A DNA stretch of 64,000 nucleotides from Spirochaetota bacterium (GTDB lineage: Bacteria; Spirochaetota; Leptospiria; Turneriellales; CBDBES01). Within the stretch, counting starts at the first letter, position 1. Every line of letters starts with the position of its first letter. The stretch covers positions 197,597-261,596 of the forward strand of contig CBDBLF010000022.1 in the NCBI GenBank assembly GCA_965206985.1, in the 5' to 3' direction. The notes below the pieces were generated by a model. That model worked only from the letters and a program-made list of their open reading frames with translations. It ran no database searches and was not told the origin of the DNA. Made by a program: the position numbers and the translations under genes. This document shows, in pieces, positions 29,524 to 38,807 of the stretch.

Positions 29524-31830
29524 ATGTATATAAAGAACAAGACAATCATTCAATCATTCAATCATTCAATCATTCAATCATTCAATCATTCAATCATTCA
29601 ATCATTCAATCATTCAATCATTCAATCATTCAATCATTCAATCATTCAATCATTCAATCATTCAATCATTCAATCATTCAATCATTCAATGAGGTTACTA
29701 TGGGTATTGGCTTTTGTCGCCTTGGGCTTTTTATTTCAATGCGGTAAAAGCGACGATTCTGTCAAAGACGGTGATATTGCTAAAGACGACGACCCTCCGA
29801 CCAATGTAAAGCTTAGTGCTTCAGAGGTCACCTTCAACGATGTGAGTGGGGCAGTGGGTGCCACCTACACGGTTTCGGTGTCACGCCCACCAGCAGCAGA
29901 GAAAACAGTAGAGGTAACCCTAACCTCTACCAATCCATTGCTTGAGGTATCCCCAACAGAGGTTACGTTTACGCCTACGAATGCGAGCCCCCAGACGATT
30001 ACCGTAAAAAGAGCAAATGATGCCAATGATATGATTATGGCCGAGATAACAGATGTCATAACCCATGACATCGCCACGGGCACGTCGCATGACGCGGAGT
30101 TCACTGAATTTGCCATGATGAGAAGCATGGTCAACGTAACGGTGACGCTAACACCAAGTAAGGTAGAGTTGAGCACTCCAGAGGTCACCTTCAACGACGT
30201 GGGTGGGGCAGTGGGTGCCACCTACACGATTTCAGTGTCACGCCCACCAGCAGCAGAGAAAACAGTAGAGATAACCCTAACTTCCACAAATGAATTTCTT
30301 GCGGTATCCCCAAATGTGGTTACGTTTACGTCTACGAATGCGACCCCCCAGACGATTACCGTAAAAAGAGCAAATGATGCAGATGATATTATTACGACCG
30401 AGATGACAGGTGCCATAGAGCATGCCATAACCAGGGGCACCGAGCTCACTGAATTTGCCATGATGAAGAGCACGGTCAACGTGACGGTAACGCCGTACAC
30501 CCCCGATTCTGATGATGACGGGCTCATTGAAATATGGACTGCCACAATGCTAGACAACATGCGATATAATCTGGCGGGCACGAGTTATAAAACCTTGGCA
30601 ACAGATCCAGGTAATTCCTCTGGTTGCCCAGACGCAGGTTGCAACGGCTACGAGCTCATGGCCAACGTCAATTTATTACCCCTGCTTGATGTAAACGGTA
30701 ACGGCGTGATTGACATGATGACAAAGACTGTTGCGGGCAAAGACCATATGGTGATTGATGTAAACAAAGATACCGGCTGGGTTCCGGTGGGTGATAATGC
30801 AAACCGGTTTATGGGAACTTTTGAGGGTAACGGCCGCACCATCGCTAACTTGTGGGTAAATATTTCTTTTTCAGGCCAAGTCTATGCGGGTTTATTTGGT
30901 GCGACAGATGGAATGGCTGCAATTCGTAATGTGGGTGTTGTCTCTGGTGGTGTTTCTTCTTCTGCTTTTAATTCTGATTCTTCTGGTTCTGATTCTTCTT
31001 CTGGTGGTCTGGTGGGGCGATCTGATGATACTTTGACGATCACGAATAGCTACTTTTCTGGGAGTGGTGGTGTTTCTTCTTCTAGTTCTGATTCTTTTTC
31101 TGGTTCTGATTCTTCTTCCGGTGGTCTGGTGGGTTTTTCTGGTGATACTTTGACGATCACGAATAGCTACTTTTCTGGGAGTGGTGGTGTTTCTTCTTTT
31201 TCTTCTAATTCTGATTCTTCTGGTTCTTCTTCTTCTTCCGGTGGTCTGGTGGGGAGTTCTTCTTCTTTAATGATCACGAATAGCTACTTTTCTGGGAGTG
31301 ATGGTGTATCTTCTTCTTCTTCTTCTTCTGATTTGTCTTTTTCTTCTTCTGGTGGTCTGGTGGGTTTTTCTGATGATACTTTGACGATCACGAATGGCTA
31401 CTTTTCTGGGAGTGGTGGTGTTTCTTCTTCTGGTGGTTCTAATCCTGATTCTTTTTCTTATTCCGGTGGTCTGGTGGGTTCTGCTATTATTTTGACGATC
31501 GCGAATAGCTACTTTTCTGGGGGTGGTGGTGTTTCTTCTTCTTCTGGTTTTGATTTTTCTTCCGGTGGTCTGGTGGGTTTTTCTTTTGGTCCTGTGATGA
31601 TGGATAGTTATTGGAACACCGACCAGATTTCCGAAGCAGGGGGTACAGGTGCTGTGGGGCTTACGCTCACTCAACTCAAAGCAACGAGTGGCACCTATCC
31701 TAATTTATTAGGCGACGCGTGGGACCTAGGCACTGACCAGCAACTACCCGCCGTCAAACGATGCATCCTTGATATGGCGGGGATGGGGACTTGTGCATCG
31801 TATGCCGCACTGCTCGGCGGGCAACGGTAA
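29524..31830 (+). CDS. GLUG-repeat surface lipoprotein 1 (two Ig-like repeats, six GGLVG repeats)
   Basis: Lipobox FLFQC; two ~120-aa beta-rich repeats; PDSDDDGLIEI...GCNGYELM...FEGNGRTIANL core; Ser-linked GGLVG repeats. Alternative start at 29689. Confidence 0.8.
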   Translation: MYIKNKTIIQSFNHSIIQSFNHSIIQSFNHSIIQSFNHSIIQSFNHSIIQSFNHSMRLLWVLAFVALGFLFQCGKSDDSVKDGDIAKDDDPPTNVKLSASEVTFNDVSGAVGATYTVSVSRPPAAEKTVEVTLTSTNPLLEVSPTEVTFTPTNASPQTITVKRANDANDMIMAEITDVITHDIATGTSHDAEFTEFAMMRSMVNVTVTLTPSKVELSTPEVTFNDVGGAVGATYTISVSRPPAAEKTVEITLTSTNEFLAVSPNVVTFTSTNATPQTITVKRANDADDIITTEMTGAIEHAITRGTELTEFAMMKSTVNVTVTPYTPDSDDDGLIEIWTATMLDNMRYNLAGTSYKTLATDPGNSSGCPDAGCNGYELMANVNLLPLLDVNGNGVIDMMTKTVAGKDHMVIDVNKDTGWVPVGDNANRFMGTFEGNGRTIANLWVNISFSGQVYAGLFGATDGMAAIRNVGVVSGGVSSSAFNSDSSGSDSSSGGLVGRSDDTLTITNSYFSGSGGVSSSSSDSFSGSDSSSGGLVGFSGDTLTITNSYFSGSGGVSSFSSNSDSSGSSSSSGGLVGSSSSLMITNSYFSGSDGVSSSSSSSDLSFSSSGGLVGFSDDTLTITNGYFSGSGGVSSSGGSNPDSFSYSGGLVGSAIILTIANSYFSGGGGVSSSSGFDFSSGGLVGFSFGPVMMDSYWNTDQISEAGGTGAVGLTLTQLKATSGTYPNLLGDAWDLGTDQQLPAVKRCILDMAGMGTCASYAALLGGQR
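29543..29690 (+). repeat. Octanucleotide simple sequence repeat (CAATCATT)18 plus CAAT
   Basis: 18 perfect units at 29543-29686, inside the ORF starting at 29524. Confidence 0.98.
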
Positions 31831-31867
31831 CCTTAGCGGTCACAAACAGCTTGGGTGATCCTGAGAG

Positions 31868-32305
31868 TGGGTGCGGTGAGGCTTACACTCGCCCAACTCA
31901 AAGCAACGAGTGGCACCTTTCCTGATTTAGGCGACGCGTGGGACCTAGGCACTGATCAGCAACTCCCCGCGGTCAAACGATGCATCCTTGATATGGCGGG
32001 GATGGGGACTTGTGCATCGTATGCCGCACTGCTCGGCGGGCAACGGTAACCTTAGCGGCCGCAAACAGCTTGGGTGATTCTGAGAGTGGGTGCGGTGAGG
32101 CTTACACTCGCCCAACTCAAAGCAACGAGTGGCACCTTTCCTGATTTAGGCGACGCGTGGGACCTAGGCACTGACCAGCAACTCCCCGCGGTCAGACGAT
32201 GCATCCTTGATATGGCGGGGATGGGGACTTGTGCATCGTATGCCGCACTGCTCGGCGGGCAACGGTAACCTTAGCGGTCACAAACAGCTTGGGTGGTCCT
32301 GAGAG
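31868..32305 (+). repeat. Two tandem 219-bp orphan copies of a GLUG-gene 3' end plus downstream spacer
   Basis: TGGGTG junctions at 31868, 32087, 32306; each unit encodes AVRLTLAQLKATSGTFPDLGDAW...LLGGQR*. Confidence 0.93.
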
Positions 32306-32320
32306 TGGGTGTCTACTCAG
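32299..32320 (+). other. Conserved imperfect hairpin CTGAGAGTGGGTGTCTACTCAG downstream of GLUG genes (also 34663-34684, 43512-43533)
   Basis: GAGTGG/CTACTC stem with GTGT loop; identical in three places; no U-tract, so not a clear intrinsic terminator. Confidence 0.55.
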
Positions 32321-32389
32321 ACGCTTTCAACTCCTGCACTCCTAACAGCCACCAAGAGCGAACGAGTATACTAATCAATTCGTGGGACC

Positions 32390-32440
32390 ATGTTCGCAGG
32401 TTTCACTTGCGTAATCAGTATTATGTTTTCAAAGTTCTAA
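32390..32440 (+). pseudogene. C-terminal 16-codon remnant of the Bdr-like gene
   Basis: MFAGFTCVISIMFSKF* matches the end of the protein at 40908-41300. Confidence 0.88.
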
Positions 32441-32574
32441 TTGAGTGAACGATGGTAGTATTTCTAGCGAGAACATAGCGTAGCTCCTGAATACGGTGAG
32501 TGCTCCATTCGATAATAGTGGACAATTAGCCTTCAGAAATTGACATAAATATCTAACATTTTCGTATATAGTGG

Positions 32575-32602
32575 TTGACTTAGTACGTATATCATCTATA
32601 GT
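32575..32602 (+). promoter_or_regulatory. Putative sigma70 promoter of GLUG gene 2
   Basis: TTGACT-16 bp-TATAGT, followed by GGGGAG SD before the GTG at 32653. Confidence 0.55.
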
Positions 32603-32652
32603 GTGCTTCACGAATAATCACAAACTGATTAGAATGGAGGGGAGTTAAGTTT

Positions 32653-34632
32653 GTGAGTATAAATATTCGAATGTATGGAGCACTCAATAAAATGGTAAGA
32701 GGTATATTATTAATATTCGCCTTGGGCTTTTTATTTCAATGCGGTAAAAGCGACGATTCTTCCAAAGATGTCGACCCTCCTCCGACCAATGTAAAGCTCA
32801 GCACTTCAGAGATCACCTTCAAAGATGTGGATGGGGCAGTGGGTGCCACCTACACGATTTCGGTGTCACGCCCACCAGCAGCAGAGAAAACAGTAGAGGT
32901 AACCCTAATCTCCGCCAATTCATTGCTTGTGGTATCCCCAACAGTGGTCAGGTTTACGTCTATGAATGTGAGCCCCCAGACGATTACCGTAAAAAGAGCA
33001 AATGATGCCAATGATATTATTATGGCCGAGATAATAGGTGAGATAAACCATGACATAGCCACGGGCACGTCGTATGACGCGGAGTTCACTGAATTTGCCA
33101 TGATGAAAAGCACGGTCAACGTGATGGTAACGCCAACACTAAGCAATGTAAAGCTCAGCACTCCAGAGGTCACCTTCAACGATGTGGATGGGGCAACGGG
33201 TGCCACCTACACGATTTTGGTGTCACGCCCACCATCAGCAGGAAAAACAGTAGAGGTAACCCTAACCTCCGCCAATTCATTGCTTGTGGTATCCCCAACA
33301 AAGGTTACGTTTACGCCTACGAATGCGAGCCCCCAGACGATTACCGTAAAAAGAGCAAATGATGCCAATGATATTATTATGGCCGAGATAATAGGTGAGA
33401 TAAACCATGACATAGCCACGGGCACGTCGTATGACGCGGAGTTCACTGAATTTGCCATGATGAAAAGCATGGTCAACGTGAGGGTAACGCCGTACATCCC
33501 CGATTCTGACGGCGATGGGCTCATTGAAATATGGAATGCCACAATGCTAAACAACATGCGTTATGATTTGGCGGGCACGAGCTACAAGACCTCGGCAACA
33601 GATCCAGGTGATTCCTCTGGTTGCCCAATCGGTGGTTGTAACGGCTACGAGCTCATGGTCAACATCGATTTATTACCCCTACTTGATGCGAACACGAACG
33701 GCCAAATTGACACGACAACAAAGACTATTGCGAATCAAGTGCATACGGTGATTGATGTAAACAAAGATACCGGCTGGGTTCCGGTGGGTGATAATGTAAA
33801 CCAATTTACGGGCACTTTCGAGGGTAACGGCCGCACCATCGCTAACTTGTGGGTGAATATTTCTTCTTCAGGTGATGCCCATGCGGGTTTATTTGGTCGG
33901 ACTGGTGGAACGATTGCAATTCGTAATGTGGGTGTTGTCTCTGGTAGTGTTTTTTCTTCTTCTTCTGCTTCTGCTTTTTCTTATTCTGGTGGTCTGGTGG
34001 GTCAATCTACTTCTTTGACGATCACGAATAGTTATTTCAGCGGTAAGGGTAGTGTTTTTTCTTCTTCTTCTTCTTCTTCTTCTGCTGCTTCTGCTTTTTC
34101 TGGTGGTCTGGTGGGTCAATCTACTTCTTTGACGATCGCGAATAGCTACTTTTCTGGGAGTGGTGGTGTTTCTTCCTCTTCTTCTTCTTATTCTGCTCTT
34201 TCTTTTTCTGGTGGTCTGGTGGGTCAATCTACTTCTTTGACGATCGCGAATAGCTACTTTTCTGGGAGTGGTGGTGTTTCTTCTTCTTCTTCTTCTTCTT
34301 CGCTTTCTTATTCCGGTGGTCTGGTGGGGCGTGTTTCTTCTTCTTCTTCTTTGACGATCACGAATAGCTATTGGAACACCGACGCAAATCAATCAATAGA
34401 TGGGTCACCCCAGAATCCCAAGCGAGCGCGGGGTAATTCTACGAGTGACCCCATGGGTGCGGTGGGGCTTACGCTAACCGAACTGAAAGAGACGAGTGGC
34501 ACCTATCCTAATTTATTGGGCGACGCGTGGGACCTAGGCACTGACCAGCAACTCCCCGCCGTCAAACGATGCATCCTTGATATGGCGGGGGTCTGTGCAT
34601 CGTATGGCGCGCTGCTCGACGGGCAACGGTAA
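32653..34632 (+). CDS. GLUG-repeat surface lipoprotein 2 (four GGLVG repeats)
   Basis: Paralog of 29524-31830; lipobox FLFQC. Confidence 0.82.
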   Translation: MSINIRMYGALNKMVRGILLIFALGFLFQCGKSDDSSKDVDPPPTNVKLSTSEITFKDVDGAVGATYTISVSRPPAAEKTVEVTLISANSLLVVSPTVVRFTSMNVSPQTITVKRANDANDIIMAEIIGEINHDIATGTSYDAEFTEFAMMKSTVNVMVTPTLSNVKLSTPEVTFNDVDGATGATYTILVSRPPSAGKTVEVTLTSANSLLVVSPTKVTFTPTNASPQTITVKRANDANDIIMAEIIGEINHDIATGTSYDAEFTEFAMMKSMVNVRVTPYIPDSDGDGLIEIWNATMLNNMRYDLAGTSYKTSATDPGDSSGCPIGGCNGYELMVNIDLLPLLDANTNGQIDTTTKTIANQVHTVIDVNKDTGWVPVGDNVNQFTGTFEGNGRTIANLWVNISSSGDAHAGLFGRTGGTIAIRNVGVVSGSVFSSSSASAFSYSGGLVGQSTSLTITNSYFSGKGSVFSSSSSSSSAASAFSGGLVGQSTSLTIANSYFSGSGGVSSSSSSYSALSFSGGLVGQSTSLTIANSYFSGSGGVSSSSSSSSLSYSGGLVGRVSSSSSLTITNSYWNTDANQSIDGSPQNPKRARGNSTSDPMGAVGLTLTELKETSGTYPNLLGDAWDLGTDQQLPAVKRCILDMAGVCASYGALLDGQR

Positions 34633-34759
34633 CCTTAGCGGTTGCAAACAGCTTGGGTGATCCTGAGAGTGGGTGTCTACTCAGACGCTTTCAACTTTTG
34701 CACTCCTAACAGCTACCAAGGGCGAACGAGTGTACAATCGATTAGTGGTCGTGTCATAT

Positions 34760-35524
34760 TTAATCAAAGTTTCTATTTGCGATGAATAATTCTTGTATAG
34801 ACCACTTATGATTCGTCATTTCTGTAGCCATTGCTGTGGTGATTTGAATTGGTTTTCCTCCCTCATACTCAGCTAGACTTGAATGTGGAAGGCAGAAATT
34901 GTAATAATTAGCAACAAAAGAATTATGCCCCTGCATATATTTGAATTTTTTTGAAAAACCCTGACTTTTACGCTCTATTCTATGATTGTGTTGGCGAAGA
35001 GTCAAATTATTCCTTTCTACAGCAAAGGTGTTCATCTGATGACTTACTGAAGAGTTTGCAATATATTCATCTAGTAGCTTTTGATCACCAAAGATTAGAG
35101 ATTTGTCAACTTCCTTACATCTCCCTTTTTCTATTCTCTTAATTATTTGCCCATAACATAGAGATTTGGGTGATTGAAGCTTTCTAGTCATTGAGTCAAA
35201 TTTACCATAAACTGAAAGAATGGCATCACTATATCCCTCATATCCATCAGAGGTAATCAAGAATTTATCTTCCCTCTTTGGCTTACTTCTTGTTTTTACC
35301 TTGGTCAGTAACTTTCTAGCATTCACTGAGGTCCTCTTGCCTGTTATATGCGCTAAAATGAGCTTTTCTACAGGCAATACTGCAGTAAAAGTCCAGATAT
35401 CCCCTATTTCATCACTTAATCGCTCAGTCTCTGATAGATTGTATTGTTTTTTAAAGACAAAACCCCAATGCTCGTCTAATTGAATTTCATTGAAAGACAG
35501 GTTTTTGTATATATTTTTTTTCAA
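34760..35524 (-). CDS. IS1-family transposase, InsB-like DDE part
   Basis: IQLDEHWGFV, SDGYEGY, VERNNLTLRQH. Confidence 0.88.
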   Translation of the reverse strand: MKKNIYKNLSFNEIQLDEHWGFVFKKQYNLSETERLSDEIGDIWTFTAVLPVEKLILAHITGKRTSVNARKLLTKVKTRSKPKREDKFLITSDGYEGYSDAILSVYGKFDSMTRKLQSPKSLCYGQIIKRIEKGRCKEVDKSLIFGDQKLLDEYIANSSVSHQMNTFAVERNNLTLRQHNHRIERKSQGFSKKFKYMQGHNSFVANYYNFCLPHSSLAEYEGGKPIQITTAMATEMTNHKWSIQELFIANRNFD

Positions 35525-35864
35525 CTTTTAGTGAATCTTCACCTGCTGCTTTAACCCAAGCAAGAACTGTATCCTTGCTGATACCAAAGACTCTTCCGGT
35601 AGCTCTAATGCCACAGCCCTCAACTGTGTTTTGTAATACCCGAGTAATGGTTTCTTTGCTTTTCTTGCGACGAAAAAAAATAGTGCCTTTATTCTCTGAA
35701 AAGCATCTACCACAAGCGGTGCACTTTAAATAGGCTATTTGTTTGTACTTACCAGACATATAAGCAAAGCGCACATTTCCTTCATTTACCTTATGATACT
35801 TATGGCAGTCTGTATTTTGACAGCTAAAACCACTTGTATCAAAGGTATATTTTCTTTTGTTCAT
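35487..35864 (-). CDS. IS1-family transposase, InsA-like zinc finger/HTH part
   Basis: CQNTDC, CTACGRCF, GCGIRATGRVFGISKDTV. Confidence 0.88.
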   Translation of the reverse strand: MNKRKYTFDTSGFSCQNTDCHKYHKVNEGNVRFAYMSGKYKQIAYLKCTACGRCFSENKGTIFFRRKKSKETITRVLQNTVEGCGIRATGRVFGISKDTVLAWVKAAGEDSLKVEKKYIQKPVFQ

Positions 35865-35943
35865 AATGAGACATAACCTTAATTTAAGGGAGATAAGTCA
35901 ATTCCTTTTTTAATTGGAAACTTTGATTAAATATGACACGACC

Positions 35944-36054
35944 ATAGAGTCTAGGAAAAAACTTGTTTTGAGCAATATTTAACATAAAAAAAGACCAAAA
36001 GCATGCCAAAACCGACCCAAACCATAAAATCGAGTGTCTTTTTCTATTTCTCAT
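35944..36054 (-). pseudogene. Small/N-terminal ORF cut by IS1 copy 1; paralog of 8282-8407
   Basis: MRNRKRHSILWFGSVLACFWSFFMLNIAQNKFFPRLY runs into the IS end. Confidence 0.5.
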
Positions 36055-36058
36055 CTTT

Positions 36059-36092
36059 GTTCTTAGTTCTTAGTTCTTAGTTCTTAGTTCTT
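36059..36092 (+). repeat. (GTTCTTA)4 heptamer repeat just upstream of the ORF at 36054
   Basis: Directly visible in sequence. Confidence 0.9.
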
Positions 36093-36230
36093 TCTTAATT
36101 TCCATAGAAGCTTTGCAAAATTGAGCCTCAGAGGTTGGAACGCTAGTCAAGCGTCTCCCCAAAAATATTTTTTTTCTGAGGGCGTCTTTGCTTGAATAAA
36201 TCACATCAATCGAAACACTTAACCGTTAAT

Positions 36231-37463
36231 TTAGATAAATCTTTTGATCTTTATTTTCCTTTTTTCTATTTCGGTGATTGTCTCCGTAATTGTTGTTTTA
36301 TACCGTTCAGAAATCTTATCAGAATGCTCCGAAAGGCCTTTTGCGTTTTGGTTCAAAAACTGTTTGAGTGCATCAACCTTCTGTAGGGCATTTTCTCGAT
36401 TTTTTTTGTTCGGAACAAGTTTTCTAGTTACGGTAATTAAATAAAACTTCCCACCCTCAGAGATTACACGAGTTTGATTAATCTTTCCAAATGTTAAAAT
36501 ATCTCGAAAATTGGACGATTTTTCTAAAGGAGCCATAGAAGGAGCACCCGCTGGCTTTTGGTCATCAAGTTTTTCTGAAAGACTAACTTTGTTAATTGAA
36601 TAGACCCTGAGGCCATAATGTGAAGCTACCCCACGAAGTGACTTCTTTTTGAGAGACTCCCTAATCTCTTGTAATAAATCTTGTTCTAATTTCTTTTTTT
36701 TCTCTCTATAGAGGCTGTCTTTAATCGCCTGCCTTTTAATTTGTGTCAACTTTGCATGCTTATCTCTAGACAAATAATCGCTTTTAAATTTCTTTTGTAT
36801 CTCCATTTCCGTTATGAGACTTTTACGTTTCAAAATTTTATTTTTGGATGCCTGATCCATGATACTCACCTGATAACTAATTTGAATTTGCTTTGCATCC
36901 CAAAGTAAAATTTTCTCAGGATTACTAAAAGATTGCACTGCCTCAAGAAGGTTAAGCACATATTGACTAGCGTAGCCATCAACAACATCAGACTCGAACT
37001 CTGAATAACCAATCTGATTTCGACGCAGAACCTCTACTTCAAATTTTTTAAAATCGTGACTCACCTTAGTAAAGTAGGATGGAAAATTTTCTTTCAGATA
37101 GTCTACCATAATGCGCTTTTTTGAACGAGAAATTGGGTACAAACCAATATTTTTTAAAAGAATTAGATTCACTTTATTCTGAATCAACTGGTTAAACAAC
37201 TGTTCTTCAATAGATTTTTTAAAGCCATCAGGAAGATTTTTCCCTTCATATCTTTGCCGAATAAAATTCTCTTTTACTCGGCTCAGCTCAAGCTTTGTAA
37301 GAACCTCGTCACCAATTTCTGCAGCAAGATAGCGACCTGAACCTGCAGAAGAGGAAACAAAATCAGGCATTCCAAAAGTCAGTGTAATGAGAACAACAAT
37401 AAAGCCAATAAAAACGTAACTAAATATCTTATATAGGTGCTGAAGTAAGTTCATGATATACAA
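36231..37463 (-). CDS. SurA N-terminal/PpiD-like membrane-anchored chaperone
   Basis: N-terminal TM helix ending ITLTFGMP, then LAAEIGDEVLTKLEL and a helical body typical of SurA_N domains. Confidence 0.65.
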   Translation of the reverse strand: MYIMNLLQHLYKIFSYVFIGFIVVLITLTFGMPDFVSSSAGSGRYLAAEIGDEVLTKLELSRVKENFIRQRYEGKNLPDGFKKSIEEQLFNQLIQNKVNLILLKNIGLYPISRSKKRIMVDYLKENFPSYFTKVSHDFKKFEVEVLRRNQIGYSEFESDVVDGYASQYVLNLLEAVQSFSNPEKILLWDAKQIQISYQVSIMDQASKNKILKRKSLITEMEIQKKFKSDYLSRDKHAKLTQIKRQAIKDSLYREKKKKLEQDLLQEIRESLKKKSLRGVASHYGLRVYSINKVSLSEKLDDQKPAGAPSMAPLEKSSNFRDILTFGKINQTRVISEGGKFYLITVTRKLVPNKKNRENALQKVDALKQFLNQNAKGLSEHSDKISERYKTTITETITEIEKRKIKIKRFI

Positions 37464-37527
37464 TAATTAGAACACATGGATTCTTTAATTCATTGGTATA
37501 CCTGTCAAGTAAGATTTTACTTTAGTT

Positions 37528-38805
37528 TGGGAGAGAGAAGGATGATAGTACCCCCCTACGACCATCATTAGTTGGTTCAGAATTGGTTCAAATCAAGTTA
37601 TTTGGTTCAAAAGGCTTGGGTTTACTGGTAGAGCAAGTGAAAGACATTTTCCTAAAAAAGGTGCATCAAAAGGCCGACGTTAAATCATCAAATAAAACAG
37701 AGGTTCCTAATGAAGCACCCTTCTCAGGTTATTTGTCTAAACAGGTATTCGGCAGTAATGCGAAATAGTAAAGACAAAAAGTTATACAGAATGCAAATGG
37801 TTCATTATGCCAAGAAGCATGGTTTCAAGCCAACAGCCAGAATGTTTAAAACGACTGTAAAAACAGTAAAAAAGTGGTTTCGTAGGTTTGAATCAGAGAA
37901 ATACGTTGGCTTGGAAGACAAGAGCCACGCTCCACACTACTCACCACATGCAATCACAGACTTTGAAAAGGCTTATGTTTGCTTTCTTAAAAAGAAACGT
38001 CGAGGCTTTGGTGCTCAGGAACTGAAGAATGTTTACCAACTAGACTTGAGTGTCAAGGCCATTCGCAGAGCGTGGAGGGAGCAAGCACTCTTGAAAAAAA
38101 AGCGTAGAAAACATAAAACGAAGCAAAATTTGCGTGAAATTAAGAAATTATGGGGTTTATTTAAGCAATTTGACGTAGATACGAAGCATTTATACGATAT
38201 TCCTGAGCTTTGGCCTTATATTCAGGAAAATATTGTACCGAAATATCAATATACCTTCAGAGAAGTTTTTTCTGGCTTACAATTTCTAGCTTTTGCAGAT
38301 GAGTATAATATGGCATACTCTTGTCTGTTTATGGAGGTAATTTTAGATCATCTTGTAAAATCAGGGGTTGATTTAAAGAAAAATAATACGAGAGGGCAAA
38401 CAGATAATGGCTCAGAGTTTATTGGTGCTTGGAATAAAAAAGGAGATTCGGAGTTTACAAAAGTATTAGCCAGTTATGGTGTGCCACACCAGACGATCCC
38501 TGCTGGAGCGCATACTTGGCAGTCTGATGTTGAAACGACTCATAGATTGATTGAGGATCACCTTTACCTGAATGAAACGTATAATTCAAGAGAAGACTTT
38601 CTCAACAAAGCTGGCTCCTATCTATTGATGTTCAATTCAATAAGAAAAAATTCTTACAAAGAGAATAAATCGCCCTGGCAGCTGATCCGAGAGGAAAGCA
38701 CAACTATTGACAAACAAATATTAAATTTACCACCGTTTCGACTGGACTATTTATTTCAAAAGATGCCAATGGTCGTAGGGGGGTACAATCCTATTCTCCA
38801 TCCCT
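37528..38805 (+). mobile_element. IS481/IS1202-like element, copy 2
   Basis: 1278 bp; 15-bp TSD GATTTTACTTTAGTT at 37513-37527 and 38806-38820. Confidence 0.93.
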
Positions 38806-38807
38806 GA
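37710..38807 (+). CDS. IS481-like DDE transposase
   Basis: Same protein as copy 1. Confidence 0.92.
   Translation: MKHPSQVICLNRYSAVMRNSKDKKLYRMQMVHYAKKHGFKPTARMFKTTVKTVKKWFRRFESEKYVGLEDKSHAPHYSPHAITDFEKAYVCFLKKKRRGFGAQELKNVYQLDLSVKAIRRAWREQALLKKKRRKHKTKQNLREIKKLWGLFKQFDVDTKHLYDIPELWPYIQENIVPKYQYTFREVFSGLQFLAFADEYNMAYSCLFMEVILDHLVKSGVDLKKNNTRGQTDNGSEFIGAWNKKGDSEFTKVLASYGVPHQTIPAGAHTWQSDVETTHRLIEDHLYLNETYNSREDFLNKAGSYLLMFNSIRKNSYKENKSPWQLIREESTTIDKQILNLPPFRLDYLFQKMPMVVGGYNPILHP

Larger units (their letters stand above)
34747..35943 (-). mobile_element. IS1-family element, copy 1 (1197 bp)
   Basis: 27-bp perfect terminal IR GGTCGTGTCATATTTAATCAAAGTTTC; two overlapping ORFs. Confidence 0.93.

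Noticed and set aside
29543-32311. CRISPR array (8-bp repeat tract or 219-bp repeats)
   Set aside because: No unique spacers, wrong unit sizes, the repeats are coding, and there are no cas genes in the window.
31830-32360. Integron-like cassette array with attC sites
   Set aside because: The spacer hairpin lacks recognisable R''/R' (AAC/GTT) boxes and no integrase is present.
32429-32611. 60-aa minus-strand ORF in the array spacer
   Set aside because: Overlaps the predicted promoter, and the paralogous spacer at 41290-41470 lacks the corresponding start.
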